A program made the translations under genes and the position numbers. The notes beneath the pieces were generated by a model, which was not told the origin of the DNA, ran no database searches, and saw only the letters and a list, made by a program, of their open reading frames with translations. DNA of 34,551 bases from a virus (Duplodnaviria; Heunggongvirae; Uroviricota; Caudoviricetes). The stretch covers positions 1 to 34,551 of IMG/VR virus record IMGVR_UViG_2778261031_000007, one strand, 5' to 3'. Of the stretch, positions 9,294 through 17,856 are shown in pieces (position 1 is the stretch's first letter; each line of letters opens with the position of its first letter).

Positions 9294-9315
9294 ATCAGGG
9301 CGAGTTCGCCCTGAT
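9294..9315. terminator. Hairpin between convergent genes (ATCAGGGCGA-GTTC-TCGCCCTGAT)
   Basis: Near-perfect palindrome between parR-like stop and the convergent 198-aa gene stop. Confidence 0.45.
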
Positions 9316-9332
9316 GCACAAAGCATGCTAAA

Positions 9333-9929
9333 TCAGAATTTAGTATGCAATTTATCTACCAATCGCTTAGCCTCATTAAGTAGTTTTTGGTATTCCCTGC
9401 TATCGTTTTCCTGATCTTCATACGCTCGCCGAACACGCCATCGAAGAGCAAGGCATTTTAAGTTCCGGTAAAACCTCGGATTACGCTTGCGGCACTCTTC
9501 CATATAAGGTTCAAAATGGACATCAAGAAAGATTAAGGTAGAACCATAAACACGATATAGATACCGCTCATCATACAAACCGTTATTCACGGCATTAGCA
9601 CAACGCTCCCACTCATTAAAAATGAGTTTTAATGCTTTTGCTCCATCCGTTTGAGAATATTCCTCTTTTCCCCAATCAGCGATCGGAAAGTTATGGCGAT
9701 CCTTATGAATACGTAGCACTTCTGACCACGCATCGACTATGTCCTTGTTACGTTTATATGCAGCCTCGAAATCCAACGAATTTTTTTCGCGCGACGTTTT
9801 TCTTTGATTTCGTATGCTAATCACTGCAATAAGCGCACCCGCAGCTCCTGGATAAAACGTAGGGCTGGATTCCCAAATACTGGAAAAAATTTTTCCTATA
9901 TAACTAAGGGCAGAAAGAACTAGATCCAT
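9333..9929 (-). CDS. Orphan membrane-anchored protein (198 aa), unknown function
   Basis: ORF with one N-terminal hydrophobic helix (PGAAGALIAVISI) and a charged soluble domain; visibly lower G+C than flanking phage genes. Confidence 0.7.
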   Translation of the reverse strand: MDLVLSALSYIGKIFSSIWESSPTFYPGAAGALIAVISIRNQRKTSREKNSLDFEAAYKRNKDIVDAWSEVLRIHKDRHNFPIADWGKEEYSQTDGAKALKLIFNEWERCANAVNNGLYDERYLYRVYGSTLIFLDVHFEPYMEECRKRNPRFYRNLKCLALRWRVRRAYEDQENDSREYQKLLNEAKRLVDKLHTKF

Positions 9930-9942
9930 TGTATTTAACCAT

Positions 9943-9965
9943 AAAAAATGGGAGCCAAAGCCCCC
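9943..9965 (-). terminator. Attenuator-like hairpin plus U-tract immediately upstream of the 198-aa gene
   Basis: Minus strand reads GGGGGCTTTGGCTCCC then ATTTTTTA, ending 14 nt before the ATG at 9929. Confidence 0.35.
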
Positions 9966-9997
9966 ATTCTACTGAAACTACTCTAAAAAAACAGGAG

Positions 9998-10042
9998 TTA
10001 AACGTCCCAGTTTTCTTCGCTATAGATGCGGCGTACGGTCAT
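9998..10042 (-). CDS. Candidate 14-codon leader peptide (MTVRRIYSEENWDV)
   Basis: AGAGGAG RBS 7 nt before ATG; lies directly upstream of the hairpin at 9943-9965. Confidence 0.25.
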   Translation of the reverse strand: MTVRRIYSEENWDV

Positions 10043-10379
10043 AGTTAGTCTCCTCTTTTCAATCATTTAAACATCACTAATTTACTTTTAACATGGAGAT
10101 GGTTTTACAGTTGTCAACCACCTCCCCCAAATCTGTTGGGGTAAGCTATCACGCCTACCATACACATACAATGATGAGGCTATATCGTGTAGTCACACCG
10201 ATAAGGATAAGTTCATCTTCTTCGCTGCCTTAATGTGACCAAATATAGCACATTTGAAGCGATATACATCCTGTAATGATACTGCACAATAGTGCACAAA
10301 TTTGCACAATTTTTTTGAACGACTTTTTGCCCTTCCGGCCCGCGTGGCGGCTGGATCCGTCAGGGATCCGTGCGTGCAC

Positions 10380-10403
10380 AAAAAAACGCGCTTTTTCTGC
10401 GCG
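10380..10403 (-). terminator. Candidate minus-strand intrinsic terminator (CGCGC stem, then U7 on minus strand)
   Basis: Plus strand AAAAAAA-CGCGC-TTTTTCT-GCGCG. Confidence 0.3.
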
Positions 10404-10405
10404 CA

Positions 10406-10424
10406 GGTGACGGGGGAACAGCCC
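10406..10424. other. Candidate cos-like element (GGTGACGGGGGAACAGCCC)
   Basis: About 12 of 18 positions match the recalled P2/186 cohesive end GGCGAGGCGGGGAAAGCA; lies on the expected side of the portal gene. Confidence 0.2.
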
Positions 10425-10808
10425 GCGTTTCAGGGGGTAAATAGCATTCCCTGAACGATGTCGCAGCGACACAACAGAATGGCTGTATCGCTCACGCTGA
10501 GCCTGAAAAAGACGTAAGGTGTTCTGATTTGATGGGATGAAAGGTAAGGCCGTCAAAATCGCACTGAGGCGGCGAGAACATGCAGTCAGCGCGGCGGGAT
10601 TGTGTAAGAGTCTGGCCGTCGATGATAGCGATAAGTCGGAAGACGTCGTGAAATTATCTGATTGATACAGGAGCTGGAGAGTCGGGGCATAAATTTTTTA
10701 TGCCCCGGCGAAGCAGCAGACAAGCGAAGCGCGTCAGTGATGCGGCACCTTGCCGACCACACTTCATAAGTGCAAAATACGAGCAAAGAAATCAATGGAG
10801 GCTGTTCT

Positions 10809-11333
10809 ATGGTCATTAATTACAAGCAGTTACGAGAAAAACGAGATCAGGTAAAGGAGAGTTTTCGCCGCAATGAAGACCTGACCCCGCTTGTACGCAT
10901 TGCCCAGGGAATTGTTGATGCTTATGAAATCTCTCTGGAGCTGCCATCACAGACATGGACGGATAGCGACGGTAATCGCCAGCATTACGTTTCATGCGGA
11001 CTGGAAACGGCTGAAGGGTTTCGCAGAATGCCTTTATCTCAGATTCCTGCCGCTACCCCCAAAGCAAGGGGCGGCAATGATGAGCGAAAACTGATTTTCA
11101 GCATTGAGACAGTGGTTGACGACACACCTGGCGAAGTCGCCTTCGTGCATACTCCTCTTTCGATCGCAATGTATAACGATGAAATACAGGTTCGCGTTAA
11201 TAATAATATCGTGCCACTTAAAGAAGGTAATTCACCATACACCACCGTTTGTGAAGCCATTCAATATTACGTTCTCTCTGAAATTGATAATCTCAAGCCT
11301 GACGGCACCCAGAAAATGGTTCAACTCTGGTAA
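10809..11333 (+). CDS. Orphan protein (174 aa), unknown function
   Basis: GGAGG RBS at 10797-10801 with ATG at 10809 (track ORF starts at upstream GTG 10770); followed by a strong terminator. Confidence 0.65.
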   Translation: MVINYKQLREKRDQVKESFRRNEDLTPLVRIAQGIVDAYEISLELPSQTWTDSDGNRQHYVSCGLETAEGFRRMPLSQIPAATPKARGGNDERKLIFSIETVVDDTPGEVAFVHTPLSIAMYNDEIQVRVNNNIVPLKEGNSPYTTVCEAIQYYVLSEIDNLKPDGTQKMVQLW

Positions 11334-11338
11334 AAAGG

Positions 11339-11364
11339 ACAGCCCCATCACGGGGCTGTTTTTT
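11339..11364. terminator. Bidirectional terminator shared by the 174-aa gene and portal gene
   Basis: CAGCCCC-ATCAC-GGGGCTG then T6; portal stop codon lies in the loop. Confidence 0.6.
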
Positions 11365-12394
11365 CATCAAGAAGAGCATAAGAATTAAAACGGATCACCT
11401 CTTCGCCAAGCCAGTCATTGATGTGCTTCATGGCCTCCATAACGGGCATCAGCTCGTTAATTGCGTAAACCCGCGCGGCCTTTTCCACATCACCAAACGC
11501 ACTTTTTTCACCCGGCATCGCCCCCATCAGTTGCGGCGGAACGCGGTGCGCAGCCAGCACATCATCACGGGATGCCGCCTTAACATTCATGAACTCATCC
11601 TTTGCGGTGATCTGCTGGAACGGCAAAATTTGCACACCTTCTTTGCCCCCGTTGGGCGCATGAATGAGCACGTTTTTAAACGCACCACCACCACGTGCAC
11701 CCTGTAGCGTTTCTTTCAGGGAGTCCATGCTTTCGCGGTTTACCTGCGCTGCACCGATGTAGATGATACACCCGGCGTGGGATCCGTTGTCGTAATACAG
11801 TTTTCTGAACATGTCCGCCGAATGAGACAGGCTGGCCGAGAGTAATGCGCCGAGATATTCCGGCATGCCGTAGATTTCCTGGTTAATGTCAGGATTCATC
11901 AGGTGGCACACTTTGCCAGGGCGAAACTGAAACGCGTCCTTACCATCCTGCACATACCACCATGATTCAAGATCGCTTCCGCGTCGCATGTATTTCGCCA
12001 GGGCGTGCCGTAATTTAAGCGGTTCGCCGAGCATATTGCTTCGAAGCTCAAGGAATGCGTTACCGAACACAAACCAGTCCAGCGCCAGCGCCGAGAAATC
12101 CTGCCGGGAAAGCAGCGGGTGCGGAATATAGCAACCGAGCAATACATTGCGCTTAAAGTAAAGCGCAGACTGATGCCAGGACGTTTGCCGGGCCGCTCTT
12201 GCCAGACCGTACCAGTCCACCGGGGTTTCATACCACCGCCCGTTATCAGCACAGTACATATTGTCCAGCAGGTCATGCCCGGTCAGGCGATAAGGACCAT
12301 CAAATGTGAATGCACTGAGCGATGATTCTTTCCTGAGCGCATCAGCGAGATCAATGCGTGAACTCATGCGCACTTTTTTATTTTTTCTGCTCAT
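11348..12394 (-). CDS. Q: Portal protein (gpQ)
   Basis: 348 aa; SAFTFDGPYRLTGHDLLDNMYCADNGRWYETPVDWYGLA matches recalled P2 gpQ. Confidence 0.95.
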   Translation of the reverse strand: MSRKNKKVRMSSRIDLADALRKESSLSAFTFDGPYRLTGHDLLDNMYCADNGRWYETPVDWYGLARAARQTSWHQSALYFKRNVLLGCYIPHPLLSRQDFSALALDWFVFGNAFLELRSNMLGEPLKLRHALAKYMRRGSDLESWWYVQDGKDAFQFRPGKVCHLMNPDINQEIYGMPEYLGALLSASLSHSADMFRKLYYDNGSHAGCIIYIGAAQVNRESMDSLKETLQGARGGGAFKNVLIHAPNGGKEGVQILPFQQITAKDEFMNVKAASRDDVLAAHRVPPQLMGAMPGEKSAFGDVEKAARVYAINELMPVMEAMKHINDWLGEEVIRFNSYALLDEKTAP

Positions 12395-14145
12395 CAGAAC
12401 TCCATAACCGTGAAACGCTCGTTTTCTCCTTCGCCGCCAATCGGTTCGTTAATGACAGCAAGCATGGTTGCCCACGCAAGGTCGCCGTGGCTGATCCCCC
12501 TCGCGCGGTCCGTTTCGTAAGTGATAAAGCCGCCCGGTGTTTTCACCTTACGCACGGCGTTAAAGGCTGCGACCAGCTCGCGTTCGGCGCGATCGTATTC
12601 CCACCGCCCGGCGCGCATTATTTGCAGCATTTTCAGTACCAGCGACCGTTTTGATGACAGCGTGAAGGTGTACGGAATAGCAGCAGGGAAAAACCGTTTC
12701 ACTATCTGATAAACAGCCTCCCCGTTCCCGCCCGTCACATCAATGCCGATGTGTTCCACGTTGTAGCGATACGTGAACTCTTCAATGACTCTGGCCTGTT
12801 CTTCAAACTCCAGCCCCTGAACGCGTCGCGTCTCCACCGTTCGAAAACGGCCACCAGGAACAGCCGGAGGAGCCACCACAGACACAGCGCCGCTGTCGCC
12901 GTTGCCACTGCTGCCGTTTGCGTCATACCCAATCCATACCGGACGATTTCCCATCGGGCGGGGAGCAAAAGGTTTCCAGTCTTTCCAGTCGTCGTATCCG
13001 TCAACGCCGCAGCCAATCAGGATGTTCAGGTTAAATGCCGATTCCCCTTCGCGGACAAACTCACACATGTAGAGATTGAGGAACTCGTCTTCGGTGTTTT
13101 CATCACGGATTTCGTCAATATCGGTGTGTTTCCAGCCGTGATTAACCACATCTTCCAGCGTGACAATCTGCCGCCACGTCCGGTCAGGGCAGATAAGCCC
13201 GTTATGCAGCGTTTTCCAGTCCACAGAAAAACGCTGGCGTTTATGCGTGGCCTTTTTCTCGTTCCAGCGGTCGCCGTTCCAGTAGGCGTATGCCTCGTGC
13301 GTTTCGGTGGATGGCGTGGAGAAGTAGGTGCGCCGCAGTCCGCTGAGGGTTGCCATAGCGCCAGCCACCTTGCGCAGTTCAGCAAAGCGACTGACCCAGA
13401 AAAATTCATCAAAATAAAAATTGCCCGTATAGGACTGTGCCGACGCAGCAGAAGTGCCGAGAAAATGCAGCTCTGCGCCGTTGGAGAGGATGATTTTATC
13501 ACCCCCTTTCAGCTCCACATCAACTTCAGCCGCGGCCTTCTGAATAATGCTTTTAAACTGGAACGCCTGACGACGCGACGCAGACAAAAAAATCTGGTTA
13601 CGCTGGTAAGGTTGCGCCACATCGTCACGCAGCGCCATCAGCAGTGCTTCCTGTGCAAAATACCAGGTCGCCCCAATCTGTCGGGATTTCAGGATCATCC
13701 TGTTACGTATCCCGGCTTCCCTGCAAAGGGTCAGGGAGTCAAACCAGCCTTGCTGATGCCACTCCAGCCTGCTGATGATTTTTTCCCGCAGTGCGGCAAT
13801 CTGTTCCGGCGTGAAATGATTTTTGAGTTTTTTCGCCCGGCCTTTCTTTCCTGCGGCCATCACATCCGGCTGGCCATCATGCAGCTTTTTAAGCTGCCGG
13901 GTCAGCAGGTCTATTTCCTTAAAGTCACCGCCTGTTTTATTCTGTTTTTCAGTAAGCTGGATGAGGCGCGCATCAATGGACTGCGTGACACGCTGCACGG
14001 GTGGCGTTTCATCCCACTGGTCGCGTTTTTTCCACGCATAAATCGTGTTCGGGTTTATTCCCATCAGACGTGATATTTCTGCGGGCGGATAACCCTGCCA
14101 GTAAAGTTGCCGCGCACGCTGGCGCACAAAAGCGTCCTGAATCAT
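12394..14145 (-). CDS. P: Terminase large (ATPase) subunit (gpP)
   Basis: 583 aa, immediately upstream of portal and overlapping its start, as in P2. Confidence 0.93.
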   Translation of the reverse strand: MIQDAFVRQRARQLYWQGYPPAEISRLMGINPNTIYAWKKRDQWDETPPVQRVTQSIDARLIQLTEKQNKTGGDFKEIDLLTRQLKKLHDGQPDVMAAGKKGRAKKLKNHFTPEQIAALREKIISRLEWHQQGWFDSLTLCREAGIRNRMILKSRQIGATWYFAQEALLMALRDDVAQPYQRNQIFLSASRRQAFQFKSIIQKAAAEVDVELKGGDKIILSNGAELHFLGTSAASAQSYTGNFYFDEFFWVSRFAELRKVAGAMATLSGLRRTYFSTPSTETHEAYAYWNGDRWNEKKATHKRQRFSVDWKTLHNGLICPDRTWRQIVTLEDVVNHGWKHTDIDEIRDENTEDEFLNLYMCEFVREGESAFNLNILIGCGVDGYDDWKDWKPFAPRPMGNRPVWIGYDANGSSGNGDSGAVSVVAPPAVPGGRFRTVETRRVQGLEFEEQARVIEEFTYRYNVEHIGIDVTGGNGEAVYQIVKRFFPAAIPYTFTLSSKRSLVLKMLQIMRAGRWEYDRAERELVAAFNAVRKVKTPGGFITYETDRARGISHGDLAWATMLAVINEPIGGEGENERFTVMEF

Positions 14146-14299
14146 TGCTCCCCCTGAGTAATTACAGGAAGATTACCCGCGCGCGAAACCGTTCTCCTTA
14201 ACCCCCTGTTCTGGCCGTTTTCTTACAACAAAAGCCCTTTGTATCAGCCTGTTACGCTTTGCCATCATGACTGAAGAACCAGTCAGAGGGGCAAAAACT

Positions 14300-15136
14300 A
14301 TGGCTAATGAAAAAAAGACATCCCGCAAAAAGTTTCGCGTGGCTGTCTCCGGATCAACTGTTGATGGCCGCGAAATCAGTCCGGTACATCTGCGTGAAGC
14401 CGCCGAGAACTTCAACCCGGATGTTTACGCTGCCCGCGTGAACGTTGAGCACTATCTCTCGCCATGCCCGTCAAGCGAATTTTCCGCAATGGGCGATGTC
14501 ACCGCGCTGAGTACGGAAGATATTACGGAAGGCCCGCTGGCCGGACGTACTGCGCTGTATGCAGAAATCGAACCGACCGAGCGCATGAAGCAGCTTGTCG
14601 CTGACGGCAAGAAAATCTATTCCAGTATCGAACTGCACCCGCAGTTCTCCGTTAACGGGCGCGCCTATCTGGTCGGGCTGGCGATGACCGACACCCCGGC
14701 AAGCCTGGGCACTGAGCGCCTGAAATTCACGGCACAGCAACGTCAGGCGGTGATGACGTTCAACAGTGTCCAGGGTGAAGCACCACTTATCTCCGAAGCC
14801 ATCGAGTCTGAAATCATCGAAATGGCAGAACAACGCCAGGAAGAAGGCACCCAGTGGTTTAACCGCGTAATGGGGATTATTGGTCGTGGCCGCAAAGCGG
14901 ATGACGCCAGTTTCTCCCGCATTCAGGAAGCGGTGGAAGGCGTCGCAACGTCACAGGCCGACATTATCGACCGTTTTAATGCACTGGAAACCCGCCATCA
15001 GCAGGACCGCCAGAAAATCACGTCACTGACCACAGAGCTGGCAGCACTGAAGGAAAAACTGCGCACGCAGGACGGCGATCCGCAGAACCGGTTCACCGCA
15101 ACGGGCGCAGCCTCCGACCAGCTGGCTGACTTCTGA
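14300..15136 (+). CDS. O: Capsid scaffolding protein (gpO)
   Basis: From ATG 14300: KKFRVAVSGSTVDGREIS and YLVGLAMTDTPASLGTERLKF match recalled P2 gpO. Confidence 0.9.
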   Translation: MANEKKTSRKKFRVAVSGSTVDGREISPVHLREAAENFNPDVYAARVNVEHYLSPCPSSEFSAMGDVTALSTEDITEGPLAGRTALYAEIEPTERMKQLVADGKKIYSSIELHPQFSVNGRAYLVGLAMTDTPASLGTERLKFTAQQRQAVMTFNSVQGEAPLISEAIESEIIEMAEQRQEEGTQWFNRVMGIIGRGRKADDASFSRIQEAVEGVATSQADIIDRFNALETRHQQDRQKITSLTTELAALKEKLRTQDGDPQNRFTATGAASDQLADF

Positions 15137-15159
15137 TAAGACAAAGGAGCAAATTTTTT

Positions 15160-16212
15160 ATGAATCTGGTGATGTCAGATATTACCCGCAACAAGCTGGG
15201 TTGCTATATGGCGCAGCAGGCGTCGCTTAACAATATCCCGGTTTCCGCACTGGTATCGCGATTTACCGTAGAACCCTCGGTGCAGCAGCGTTTTGAAAAC
15301 GCCTCAAAGGAAAGCACCGAATTTACGAAAAGAATTAACGTGATCGGCGTGACCGACCAGAAAGGCGAAAAAATCCTCCTGGATACCACAGGACCGATTG
15401 CGCGCACGAATACCAGTTATGACGGCACAAAACGCCGTAACCCGAATAACGTGGTTGATCTGAAAAACCGCAAATACCAGTGCGAACAGGTGAACTACGA
15501 CACGTTTATTTCGTATCCGCAGCTTGATGCCTGGTCGGCACACCCTGATTTTCAGTCCCGCATCAGCGCACAGATTGCCCGACAGGTGGCGCTTGACCGC
15601 ATCATGATCGGTTTCAACGGCACGTCTCACGCGGATGAGTCCAACTTCAGCACCAACAAGCTGCTTCAGGACGTTAACGTGGGCTGGCTGGAGCACATCA
15701 GAACCGACGCCAGCGAACGCGTTATGAATGACGTGACGCTGACCTCCCGCAACATGGACAACACCGTGGCGCACGCGGGTAAGTATGCGAACGCTGATGC
15801 ACTGGTACAGGACGCGCGTTCATCCCTGCTGGATGAATGGCACAAGGAAGCTGACGACCTCGTGGTGATTATGGGGCGCAACCTGTTTAACTCGCTGCGT
15901 CTGCCCGTGCTGAACAGCATCAGCGGCCAGAATCCCAATGCGGAATTACTCGCCGGGCAGCTCATTCTGTCATCGCGCACCATTGGCGGGCTGGGCGTGT
16001 TCCTTGCGCCGTTCTTCCCGGATTCAACGATGCTGATCACCTCGTTCAACAACCTGTCGATTTACTGGCAGAAAGGTTCAATGCGTCGTCTGATGAAAGA
16101 CGAGCCGGAATACAACCGCATCGCCACCTACCAGTCCATCAATGACGCTTATGTCGTTGAAGACTATGGCAAGTGCGCGATGGTCACTGGCCTGAAGTTC
16201 GCCGACAGCTAA
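15160..16212 (+). CDS. N: Major capsid protein (gpN)
   Basis: 350 aa; FTVEPSV, IMIGFNG, DYVVEDYG motifs shared with recalled P2 gpN. Confidence 0.95.
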   Translation: MNLVMSDITRNKLGCYMAQQASLNNIPVSALVSRFTVEPSVQQRFENASKESTEFTKRINVIGVTDQKGEKILLDTTGPIARTNTSYDGTKRRNPNNVVDLKNRKYQCEQVNYDTFISYPQLDAWSAHPDFQSRISAQIARQVALDRIMIGFNGTSHADESNFSTNKLLQDVNVGWLEHIRTDASERVMNDVTLTSRNMDNTVAHAGKYANADALVQDARSSLLDEWHKEADDLVVIMGRNLFNSLRLPVLNSISGQNPNAELLAGQLILSSRTIGGLGVFLAPFFPDSTMLITSFNNLSIYWQKGSMRRLMKDEPEYNRIATYQSINDAYVVEDYGKCAMVTGLKFADS

Positions 16213-16257
16213 TCACCTCACGGCGGGCATCATGCCCGCCTGTAACGGAGAGAAAAA

Positions 16258-17058
16258 ATGATTACTCCTGCACAGCAACACTGGCAGAACGTGATGGCAC
16301 AGCGCGCAGGCCGGGCGAATGAAGGCGTGGACCACGCCGCGCGTACCGCGCATGAAGAGGTGCTGTATCGTCTGCGTCTGGCACAGGCCCGGCTTAAGGG
16401 CGTACAGGCCAGAAGCGCGAAAGCCGCCATCAAAAAAGAGTTATTGCCGGACTTTTCCGGCTGGATTGAGGGAACGCTGGAGGCTGACGGCGGGCAGCAG
16501 GATGAAGTGATTGCCACGCTGATGGTGTGGGCGATTGACTGCGGCGATCTTCCGCTGGCGCTGCGTATTGGTGCATATGTGGTCCGTCACAACCTCATCA
16601 TGCCGGATAACTTTGGACGTACTGCTGCCACGGTACTGACCGAAGAAATCTGTAATCCGGTACTGACGCAGGCCGGGACGGATGCCGACGCGGATTTGTC
16701 CGCCTTTATCGAACCACTGGACACACTTTGGGAAATTGTCGCCAACCAGGATATGCCGGACGAAGTGCGCGCCAAATTATGCAAGGCGTGCGCCTTTGCC
16801 CGCCGTGGCCTGAGCGATGCGGACAGCATGGCCTCATCACTGAAGCTGCTGCGCGAAGCGATGCACCTGAATCCGAACGCAGGTGTGAAACGCGAGATTG
16901 CAACCCTTTCCCGCGCCCTGAAAAAAGCCGATTCCGCAGCCGCACCAGAAGATGCCAGCACACTGCAGGCGCAGGACGAAAGCAGCAAAAGTAAAAAGAC
17001 AACGCGGAAGCCTGCAACACGAAAAACCACCGCGACGCAGAAGGCGAAGCGCGGTTAA
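16258..17058 (+). CDS. M: Terminase small/endonuclease subunit (gpM)
   Basis: 266 aa, position and size as P2 gpM. Confidence 0.85.
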   Translation: MITPAQQHWQNVMAQRAGRANEGVDHAARTAHEEVLYRLRLAQARLKGVQARSAKAAIKKELLPDFSGWIEGTLEADGGQQDEVIATLMVWAIDCGDLPLALRIGAYVVRHNLIMPDNFGRTAATVLTEEICNPVLTQAGTDADADLSAFIEPLDTLWEIVANQDMPDEVRAKLCKACAFARRGLSDADSMASSLKLLREAMHLNPNAGVKREIATLSRALKKADSAAAPEDASTLQAQDESSKSKKTTRKPATRKTTATQKAKRG

Positions 17059-17074
17059 TGACTGACCCCGTCAG

Positions 17075-17145
17075 CGGGCGGCGTGCGCGGTGTTCCGGTT
17101 TGACTCCGTGACCGTTTACACCGCGCACCCACCGCCCGATTTTTT
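17075..17145 (+). terminator. Long imperfect hairpin followed by T6 between M and L (possible partial terminator)
   Basis: GCGGGCGGCGTGCGCGGTGT pairs with ACACCGCGCACCCACCGCCCG, followed by TTTTTT. Confidence 0.3.
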
Positions 17146-17159
17146 CAGGAGTGAACCCC

Positions 17160-17654
17160 ATGAGTATGGTTGCCAGAACCAACCCCGGACCCGCAGAGGA
17201 CGACATCACCGATACCGATGATGGTGATACCCGTATTTCAGCAGGTGCATTCTGGCCGGATATTGTGCTGCGTGAGCTGCGTCTGGCGGTACGACTGCCG
17301 GGCCGTGTGACCACCTCCCGCCTGCTGCATACCGCTACCGGGGCCGTGGCACACGTTACCCGCGAGCTGGAAGCGTGGCAGCAGGAACAGCAGGCGGCTG
17401 GCCATCAGACGCTGGCCGATGTTCCGGCACCCGTAATTAACGGAGAAAGCGTCAATCTCTGGCACTGGCGCAATGCGGTTTACACCGCCACACGCGCCCT
17501 GATTCTGGAGCGTTACCGCGATGCGGACACAACGGACAAGGGCGACCGCCGGGCGGACGCACTGGATATACAGACATCGGATTTGTGGCGCGATGTGAGC
17601 TGGGCCATCTCTGACATTCTGTGCCGCCCGCGAATCTTTGCGGAGTTGTGCTGA
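17160..17654 (+). CDS. L: Head completion protein (gpL)
   Basis: Size and position as P2 gpL; ATG 17160 with AGGAG 8 nt upstream. Confidence 0.85.
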   Translation: MSMVARTNPGPAEDDITDTDDGDTRISAGAFWPDIVLRELRLAVRLPGRVTTSRLLHTATGAVAHVTRELEAWQQEQQAAGHQTLADVPAPVINGESVNLWHWRNAVYTATRALILERYRDADTTDKGDRRADALDIQTSDLWRDVSWAISDILCRPRIFAELC

Positions 17655-17854
17655 TGAAAGTGAAGGCACTGGAAGGCGACACCGTGGATTCGCTCTGTTT
17701 TCGGTACTACGGCACGACGCAGGGCGTCACCGAAAAGGTGCTGGATACCAACCCCGGACTCTGTCAGCAGGTATTTCTGGACGCCGGGCAGGAAGTGGAG
17801 ATGCCGGAGCCGGAGAAGAAGAAACGAGAAATGATTCAGTTGTGGGGGGATTAG
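17654..17854 (+). CDS. X: Tail protein X
   Basis: 66 aa MKVKALEGDTVDSLCFRYYG... matches recalled P2 gpX; start overlaps L stop (TGATG). Confidence 0.85.
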   Translation: MKVKALEGDTVDSLCFRYYGTTQGVTEKVLDTNPGLCQQVFLDAGQEVEMPEPEKKKREMIQLWGD

Positions 17855-17856
17855 CA

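Noticed and set aside
10380-10760. Retron msr/msd or type III antitoxin RNA in the structured non-coding stretch
   Set aside because: No reverse-transcriptase gene anywhere in the window and no tandem repeats; hairpins alone are insufficient.
12751-14073. 440-aa ORF on the plus strand
   Set aside because: Lies entirely antisense to the well-supported terminase P gene; R/P/A-rich low-complexity translation typical of the reverse frame of GC-rich coding DNA.
16706-17314. 202-aa ORF on the minus strand
   Set aside because: Antisense to M and L; Arg/Ser-rich reverse-frame artefact.
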